A DNA stretch of 64,000 nucleotides, from positions 10,116-74,115 of IMG/VR virus record IMGVR_UViG_3300036390_000001; one strand, written 5' to 3'. This document shows positions 57,624 through 64,000 of this stretch, in pieces (the first letter of the stretch is position 1; each line of letters opens with the position of its first letter). The position numbers and the translations under genes are program-made. The notes under the pieces were generated by a model. That model had not been told where the DNA came from and did no database searches. It saw only the letters and a list, made by a program, of their open reading frames with translations. This DNA is from a virus.

Positions 57624-57676
57624 GTTTAACTTAAATTGAATCCAGAAAAGACAATCCAAATAATCGGCGCCTAGCA

Positions 57677-58213
57677 ATGATGCAAGAACATGAAGTTTTA
57701 ACAGTTCAAAGTATTGTCGTAGATGACAAAGTGGTAGTGGCTGAAAGTTGGAAAGATGTATGTGCTATTTACACTCCGCAAAAAGCTAGAAGTAGAGCGC
57801 TTAACATTCTACGCGCCGCTGCATATGCTGAATCAGAGGCGTCTATCTTTAAAGCGATTACGGGCGTAGGTCAGCACAAAGGCTTTGGAGAAATCTCTAA
57901 AAAAGCGCTTTCAACAGCAGTTGAGGCTCTGGAAATAATTCGCAAAGAGAGACTGCCCTTGCCTGAAGATATACGAGCAATATTTGGGTTTAATACCAAG
58001 CTTCCACTTGTTGACCTAACTTGGAAAAAAGGACATAAAATATCTTTGCGCCTTGGAGAAGCTAAAAAGCACGCAATATCTTTACTTGAATGCGCCGAGT
58101 CGGTCGAAACGGACAGCTTTCTTCTAAAGCATTTAGAACGCGACGATTGGCAATATTTAATGGATGAGTTCAGGTTAGAAAGGCAGAAAAGCTGGACAGA
58201 AGGCTTAATTTAA
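57677..58213 (+). CDS. Hypothetical protein with internal repeat
   Basis: A...A..IL.AA..AES/VET motif occurs twice. Confidence 0.6.
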   Translation: MMQEHEVLTVQSIVVDDKVVVAESWKDVCAIYTPQKARSRALNILRAAAYAESEASIFKAITGVGQHKGFGEISKKALSTAVEALEIIRKERLPLPEDIRAIFGFNTKLPLVDLTWKKGHKISLRLGEAKKHAISLLECAESVETDSFLLKHLERDDWQYLMDEFRLERQKSWTEGLI

Positions 58214-58250
58214 GCGCTATCTTAGAGCTAATATATTTACTTTTAATCAA

Positions 58251-59192
58251 ATGTTTCCAGTTAAAACGATAAGAATAAACGAAGGCGCCATCGATTATAT
58301 CTTTACTGTTTACCAAGAAATAGAAGCGCCCTTGCCAAGTACAGATAAGCTTGAAAGCGCGCTTCTCACTGCTTTAAGGATGCTGTGGGGTAGTTATCGG
58401 CGCATTAATTTTTATGTTTTACATACGCCGAGAGGGTGGCGCCTGGTTTTTACTATTAGTCCTTGCTCGGAGTCTCGGTCGATTAGCACAAACCTTGTGA
58501 TAAGCAGTACCGAATATATAACCACTGGAAGTAGCGAGCTAGGTGGAATTATTGCTGCATTTGTTAGTAGGTCAATTAATGAGCTTTTGGGTAATCAAAG
58601 ATGGAAAATTACAAGAAGGGGAAACGGCGCCTATACTTACTTGGTTGAAGTAATTGGAGGGTTAGAGTACATAAGATTTGAAACTGACGACATCAGGACA
58701 GTAATAGAATATAGCGAAGTTTCTTTTAGCTGGAGACAGGCGCCAGTCAGAGAGCAAACCTGGATTGAAATAACCGCCACAATTGAGCCAAGCGCTTGTC
58801 AAGTATCGCACAACAACCTAGTAATTAATGGGCTTAAACTCGATGCATTTACACTTGGCTTCTTTAGCTATTCGCATGTAATCGGCTTCACAATTAAGCC
58901 AAATATAATCAGCGGCACTATAAGGCATGAACCGGGCGATATAATCACTTTTGAAACGGCGCCATTATCAGAGCGCGCGGTGTCACTTGAGAATGCGCCA
59001 CTGTCAAGCTTTCCATTGAATCCAGAAGGCTTAAGCAACTTTGCGCCTTTCTCCCAAAAGAGCGCCATTGATAACAAATCATGCAAATACTTTAATGGAA
59101 GCGCCTATTTAAAATGCGCGGTCAACCCAAAAGGCGCTTGCGAAGGATGCAAAGACTACGAGCCTAATTCGAGCAATAAAACGAATACTTAG
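58251..59192 (+). CDS. Hypothetical protein with DUF6464-like Cys tail
   Basis: CKYF..S.YLKCAVNP.G.CEGC.DYE. Confidence 0.6.
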   Translation: MFPVKTIRINEGAIDYIFTVYQEIEAPLPSTDKLESALLTALRMLWGSYRRINFYVLHTPRGWRLVFTISPCSESRSISTNLVISSTEYITTGSSELGGIIAAFVSRSINELLGNQRWKITRRGNGAYTYLVEVIGGLEYIRFETDDIRTVIEYSEVSFSWRQAPVREQTWIEITATIEPSACQVSHNNLVINGLKLDAFTLGFFSYSHVIGFTIKPNIISGTIRHEPGDIITFETAPLSERAVSLENAPLSSFPLNPEGLSNFAPFSQKSAIDNKSCKYFNGSAYLKCAVNPKGACEGCKDYEPNSSNKTNT

Positions 59193-59673
59193 GATTTTGA
59201 AGTAAATCAGCAAAGTGCATTAATTCGCCAAACCAAGCGCAGTATTGCTGGCAAACCGTGACATCGGGATGGCGCCTTATCTGTAACATCTCCGGCATTT
59301 CCCCATCAAAATAATGCATCGGGATTGCAACGACCCCATCCCGGAATTGCATACTATCTTTAATACCGAAGCGACAAGTAGGGAAAAAGTCTAAGTAGTT
59401 TTTAATAAACTGGACGTATTGCGCGCCATTGAAATAGAAATAAAGCGAACTCATCTCTTCTAGGCGCCTGCTATAATCATCAACTACTTTACGGAATAGC
59501 GCGCGGTCAATATAAGGCGCATTGCTGTACGACCATTCATTACAAACATGCCAAAGCTGATGGTTAGTCCCAAAATTGTCCTCCGCCCAATCGCACAAGC
59601 CAAAAGGGTTTCTACACCAGTTCATTGATAGGATTTGCTCGTCTCCTTTGTAGAGCGCAATGTTCAAGCTCAT
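59164..59673 (-). CDS. Hypothetical protein
   Basis: Follows terS on the same strand. Confidence 0.55.
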   Translation of the reverse strand: MSLNIALYKGDEQILSMNWCRNPFGLCDWAEDNFGTNHQLWHVCNEWSYSNAPYIDRALFRKVVDDYSRRLEEMSSLYFYFNGAQYVQFIKNYLDFFPTCRFGIKDSMQFRDGVVAIPMHYFDGEMPEMLQIRRHPDVTVCQQYCAWFGELMHFADLLQNPKYSFYCSN

Positions 59674-59682
59674 GGTATATTT

Positions 59683-60051
59683 TTACTCTTCGGCAGCTAG
59701 TCTAGCATCTAACACCTGCTTGGTTAAATCAATGTCCATCAATACCTTTAAGGCGCCGACTATTGCCTTAATCGCTTCTGGGTCTGCTGGGTCAGAATGA
59801 CTAGTTGCGTCTTTGACAAATTTTAAACCAGCCTGAATAGTGTCGGGTATCTCAGACGCCCAAGACTTTTCGCGCGCTTGCTTTTTGGATTTGAACAGCG
59901 CGAGTAGTTCTTCGTCCTCCTTCAGTCTGCTTCGCCACTCCTCAATACTTCTAGTGCTTACGTCCCACTTTTCTGCGGCTGCTTTGTCGCCTGAAAAAAT
60001 GGCATCGACCAATGCGCCTGCTGCTCTTTCGTAATTAAAACTTCGGCTCAT
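59683..60051 (-). CDS. terS: Putative terminase small subunit
   Basis: N-terminal HTH AAEKWDVSTRSIEEWR plus helical region; upstream of terL. Confidence 0.55.
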   Translation of the reverse strand: MSRSFNYERAAGALVDAIFSGDKAAAEKWDVSTRSIEEWRSRLKEDEELLALFKSKKQAREKSWASEIPDTIQAGLKFVKDATSHSDPADPEAIKAIVGALKVLMDIDLTKQVLDARLAAEE

Positions 60052-60181
60052 ACTTTCCTACCTTCTGATACGAAGGTAGAATTCCGAGGTAAGTCGCGGG
60101 AAGTTGCGGGCGCCGTGTAGCTGTAATGTGGATTATTACGGGCACCGTGCGGTAGATTGTGGAAAATGCGAATAATTCCAC

Positions 60182-60418
60182 ATGGACACCTTAGAAGCAA
60201 AGCAATCCGTCTTGGAAATAGGGCAAGCCGCGTACACGGCATACAAGAAAGAAATGAATAAACCTTTGCCGGAGTGGGATGAGTTAAGCGAAGCCAGTAA
60301 ATCCGCTTTTACTGCTGCCGGATGCGCTGGGTTTGGGATAGGGCTTTTGAAGCTGAAGGGGACATTTGTAATAAATCAATCCGTTACCAGGAAAGGAAGG
60401 CAGGTCAATGAATATTGA
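60182..60418 (+). CDS. Hypothetical protein
   Basis: GQ.AY..Y...P.W..L.E; paralogue of 60408-60605. Confidence 0.6.
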   Translation: MDTLEAKQSVLEIGQAAYTAYKKEMNKPLPEWDELSEASKSAFTAAGCAGFGIGLLKLKGTFVINQSVTRKGRQVNEY

Positions 60419-60605
60419 GAGACTAGGGCAAGTTGCTTATACGACTTATGGTGAAGGCGTAGGCAATAAAACCTTTAAAGGAAACCCGTGGCCGGATTGG
60501 TCAGATTTACCAGAGTTTGTTCAAGAAGCTTGGTGTCAAGCTGCCAAAGCCGTTATTGATTCTGTGGCGCCTGTATTTTCTGATAACAAAGAGGCAGGTC
60601 AATGA
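60408..60605 (+). CDS. Hypothetical protein
   Basis: Paralogue of 60182-60418. Confidence 0.6.
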   Translation: MNIERLGQVAYTTYGEGVGNKTFKGNPWPDWSDLPEFVQEAWCQAAKAVIDSVAPVFSDNKEAGQ

Positions 60606-60862
60606 ATACAGAAGCGCGCCTGGATACCATTAAGATTATTTGCCTCGCGGTTTTTCTGTCATTATTAGCGGCGCTCGTAAGGCACGGAAGCGCGGCAATT
60701 TTGTTTTGTATCATTGTCATGGTTTGCTTTGCGTGCCTCTGGCTTTGGCAATGGGAACGGCGCCTTCAAAAGCGCGCTAATTAAGCACATAACTGAGGTA
60801 TTCGATAAAGCGGCTGCGCGCGACAACTTGAACAAACAATTAGAGGCGCCGGAAGACAACAA

Positions 60863-61614
60863 TTAGACCATTGCCAGCGCAGGCGCCTTGCTTGATTCAT
60901 GCTCGTGCAGGCGCCTTCTCCCAAGTTCGCAATATTCTTCTTCTCTCTCGAAAGCAATAAAGTTGCGCTCATTCTTCATGCAAGCCAGCGCGGTTGTTCC
61001 TGAACCGGAGAATGGGTCTAATACCAAGGCGCCTTCGTTTGTGTAAGTTAACACCAGCCAGCTAACTAAGTCTATGGGTTTACTTGTTGGGTGTCCCATT
61101 TTACTGACAGTTGGGTAATGTAGAACGCTGCGCGGATATCTGTCGCCGCTTTGATTGATTGTTGTTACGGGCTTAACGTTGCTGTAGTGATTGCTGCGCC
61201 CACTTTTCTTTGCAGCAGTGTACTTTTTACCAGGCGCCTTTTGTGGATTATATGTACTGCCGCGCCATTTCTCGCTAAACACCAAGACGTTTTCATGCGC
61301 GCGCAGTGGGCGCTTATTTGCATCGAGGAAACCCGCAGCAATTGTCTTTTCCCAGATTAATTCATAGCGGAACCAAGCGCGGTTTGACATTATCAAATCA
61401 GTAGCGAATGGTTGAGCCGCGAACATAACTACTAAGCTTGTTGGTTGCTTGAGAATGCGCTTTGCCTGCGCCCAAAATGCCGACCAATCAACAGGTTTAT
61501 CCCACTTTAAATTAGTCGTTGCATAGGGGGGTCGGTGATGATGGCGTCTATTGATTTGTCGGGGATTTCGTTCATCAAGGCGAGCGCGTCACCCTTTACA
61601 ATTTGATTAATCAA
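60863..61614 (-). pseudogene. Beta-class N6A/N4C DNA methyltransferase, frameshifted in the DPPY codons
   Basis: GDAL..M.EIPDKSIDAIITDP(P)Y needs one more C in the C6 run at 61526-61531; HPTSKP and DPFSGSGTT intact. Confidence 0.75.
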
Positions 61615-61649
61615 GGCTTTTTACTAACAACTTCGTAAATATTCTTCCT

Positions 61650-62522
61650 ATGTTCGACAAGCTTGTTTTACTATTTTTAAACCCACTCGCGCCGCAAACA
61701 AATCAAGTTGAATACTTAACTTTACTTATTTTGTACTATTCAGCTTCTTCAAAAGAAGATAGTAAGCTGGCGACAATCCTTGATAAAGTGGTAAGCGCGC
61801 GCCATTCAAAAGAACACGGCGCCAGTAAAACATCCTTCACTAAAAACTTTCAAAGACTAGTTAAAAGCTATGGGTTGAAGTGGGCGCGCAAGTCCTGTCT
61901 AAACATGCTTGGTTTTTATCTACTTGAGAATCCCGACAACAAGCATCTGGACTTTTTGTACAAGCGCGTTGATTTTAAATTAGGCGCCTATTTTAAATGG
62001 GGTAGTTTTACATACGCTTGGTTCGATGAAAACCAAATCATGGCGGAAGTGGCGCCTTTAATTATTTGCGAGATTCCCGATAGATTTGTAAGAGTTGACT
62101 TTAGCGAGTTTTATTACGATGACTCTTGGGTACAGAGAGGTTTTTGCGCGGCTGAAAATATTGCATATGATTACGACTACAAGGGGAAATCTTTAGATAT
62201 TTCCGTTGAGAGAGAAGGTCTAGAAGAGTACGGATTTGCGCGCTCGGAAGCAATACCTTTGAGGCGCCGAAGTCTCAATGGCAGTACAAAAGAGGACTTC
62301 TGGGAAGTTGTCAAGAATATAAAAGAGTTTGGCTTTTGGAATGCGTATAAATGGTGGGAGGGTTGCGAAGATTGGTACCAAGAGAAGCGCCCCGAATGGT
62401 TTGATGATAAGTTTTATGAGCGCGCGCGGTTGCATAAGGAAGAGTTGGAAGGCGGAGCGCGGCGCCTGCTATTTAAGCGTAATGCCGCGATAATTGATTC
62501 GTTTGTTTTGAAGCTCATATAA
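61650..62522 (+). CDS. Hypothetical protein
   Basis: 290-aa aromatic-rich ORF. Confidence 0.6.
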   Translation: MFDKLVLLFLNPLAPQTNQVEYLTLLILYYSASSKEDSKLATILDKVVSARHSKEHGASKTSFTKNFQRLVKSYGLKWARKSCLNMLGFYLLENPDNKHLDFLYKRVDFKLGAYFKWGSFTYAWFDENQIMAEVAPLIICEIPDRFVRVDFSEFYYDDSWVQRGFCAAENIAYDYDYKGKSLDISVEREGLEEYGFARSEAIPLRRRSLNGSTKEDFWEVVKNIKEFGFWNAYKWWEGCEDWYQEKRPEWFDDKFYERARLHKEELEGGARRLLFKRNAAIIDSFVLKLI

Positions 62523-62545
62523 CTATACTTATTTAAGCTATTAAA

Positions 62546-63511
62546 CTAAATCCCTAAATATTTACTGCTAGAATCATTCGGATTACTGGCTAAATACGCA
62601 TTGCTGATACTAATATTAGAGTGTCCAAGTGTATCACGAACTAAACTAATCGGCGCCCCTTTTAACAGAGAGTGTGAAGCATGTGAATGGCGGAAGCTAT
62701 GGGCGCTTATTTTATCACTGGCACCGACTTTAGCCGAAGCTTTCTTAATAATTAAGTGTACCATTGTTCGGTCTAGCGCTCTACCATTCTTGCTTTTAAA
62801 AACTGGCTCATCGGCGCCGCTTTCTCCACGTAAATTATCGACCTCTACCCAAGTTGACAATGGGACTAAAACCGTTCGATGCTTGTTACCTTTACCCAGG
62901 ATATTGACTTGAACTTCCCCATCTTCGCGCTCGTTGAAATCGCTCCATGCCAAGTGACACAGTTCAGAGACGCGCATACCAGTGGCATAGAGAAGGGTGA
63001 TAAGCGCTTTGTCCCTAGGATTGTCGGCGCCTTTATTAATAATCTTCACTACGTCTATTTGTCTGATTGACTTACCCGCAACACTGTATTCAGCCTTGGG
63101 AATCCGCAGCGCGGCCGCAACATTAAAGCGTATGTAATTAAGCTTCGCCGCGAAGGTAAACAGTGACTTGACCGCGTTTAATTTACGCTTTAGTGTAGCT
63201 GGTTTAAGTCCCGCGTCCTGAAGGTGTAGCGCGTACTCTTGGAGGTTTTCAAGTACGATGCTGTTTAGCGACTTGTTGACGAAGCTCGTAAATCGCTTGA
63301 TGTCGCGCATGTATTCCTGCTGGGTCAAATTTGGGCGCCCGTGCAGCCACATCTCTATAAGTTTTTGGTCGGTTGATACGCGCGAAAGTGAGTTATTCAT
63401 AATCTCAAATTTCCCGTCATCATCAAAACCAGGCTTTTGTAGAGCACGCGCCAACCCATTGATTAACAAACGCTCACGACTTCCTTGACATCCTTGATTG
63501 AATAATGCCAT
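62546..63511 (-). CDS. XerC/D-like tyrosine recombinase
   Basis: ATGMRVSEL, GKGNK.R, HSFRHSHA, LGH.NI..S.AY; true start probably further downstream. Confidence 0.92.
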   Translation of the reverse strand: MALFNQGCQGSRERLLINGLARALQKPGFDDDGKFEIMNNSLSRVSTDQKLIEMWLHGRPNLTQQEYMRDIKRFTSFVNKSLNSIVLENLQEYALHLQDAGLKPATLKRKLNAVKSLFTFAAKLNYIRFNVAAALRIPKAEYSVAGKSIRQIDVVKIINKGADNPRDKALITLLYATGMRVSELCHLAWSDFNEREDGEVQVNILGKGNKHRTVLVPLSTWVEVDNLRGESGADEPVFKSKNGRALDRTMVHLIIKKASAKVGASDKISAHSFRHSHASHSLLKGAPISLVRDTLGHSNISISNAYLASNPNDSSSKYLGI

Positions 63512-63941
63512 ACTCTATTCAAACAAGGAGAATTTTTTTATGCATCAAGAATTTCACAATTGGTTAAAAGTCCAAGACTTTCACCCTAATTACCCCGACG
63601 CTTTTAAGGTATTTGATTTTGCACAACAATTTCCAACTTTGGTAAAGCTGCCATCTCAAGATGTCAATAACTGCGCTACGTATAATCGCGCTGCGTGGCT
63701 ATACTCTCAATACGAAAGCAAGAGAGGTTATTTCCTAAAACTTGATTTTTGGAGTTTATGTCGCCAATGGAGAAGTCAATTCGGTAAAGAGTGGAAAGAG
63801 ATGTTTAGAGAAGGATATAAAAGAGGAAAGTATTTTAGCGGGAATTGGTATCCCATGCTTTTAACATTGGAAGATAAAAAAAATCCAAGCGACTATGGTT
63901 TTGCTCTTGGCAGAAATACAACTGTATGGGAAAGAAGATAG
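63498..63941 (+). CDS. Hypothetical protein
   Basis: AAGGAG RBS before ATG 63540. Confidence 0.5.
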   Translation: MNNAILYSNKENFFMHQEFHNWLKVQDFHPNYPDAFKVFDFAQQFPTLVKLPSQDVNNCATYNRAAWLYSQYESKRGYFLKLDFWSLCRQWRSQFGKEWKEMFREGYKRGKYFSGNWYPMLLTLEDKKNPSDYGFALGRNTTVWERR

Positions 63942-64000
63942 TTGTGAATCAAAAATCCAAGCGCGGAGGCGCCCGCAGAGGCACTGGACCAAAACCCAAG

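Larger units (their letters stand above)
243..60077. repeat. Dispersed 18-bp palindrome ACCTTC-KKATMM-GAAGGT, 18 copies
   Basis: Copies start at 243, 8749, 12032, 20122, 21254, 21794, 21880, 25762, 30258, 35665, 35839, 39057, 46750, 47121, 50456, 51627 (degenerate), 52122, 60060. Confidence 0.9.

Noticed and set aside
243-60077. 18-bp palindromes or the 24857 repeats as a CRISPR array
   Set aside because: They are dispersed or spacer-less, with no regular repeat-spacer period and no cas genes other than the csx3 homologue

Overview
The whole window reads as part of one temperate siphovirus-like cyanophage or phage-plasmid, probably from a filamentous cyanobacterium; I found no host housekeeping genes. 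It contains tape measure, tail, scaffold and major capsid genes, an internal tyrosine integrase with an Xis-like gene, a replication initiator, CI/Cro-like and antirepressor cassettes, ERF and ASCH genes, a lysis cassette, a SigF/SigJ-like sigma factor, a ParB-like protein, terS/terL, a DNA methyltransferase and a second Xer-like recombinase. The main unusual observations are: (1) terL is split inside its Walker A motif by a 66-nt AT-rich hairpin insert with an in-frame stop, directly downstream of an overlapping GIY-YIG endonuclease gene, and precise removal restores a 508-aa TerL; (2) two covarying tRNA-shaped ncRNAs without a canonical anticodon arm, plus a separate ~230-nt structured RNA candidate; (3) an HNH nuclease frame with no start codon, reachable by a -1 frameshift (A_AAA_AAG) from an FtsK/HerA-like ATPase; (4) a stand-alone Csx3/Crn3 ring-nuclease homologue; (5) 18 copies of an 18-bp palindrome, many next to putative late promoters; (6) GGCGCC as a highly iterated palindrome, targeted by ~100-bp mini-elements with target duplications. 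All family calls are from motif recognition by eye; no searches were run.
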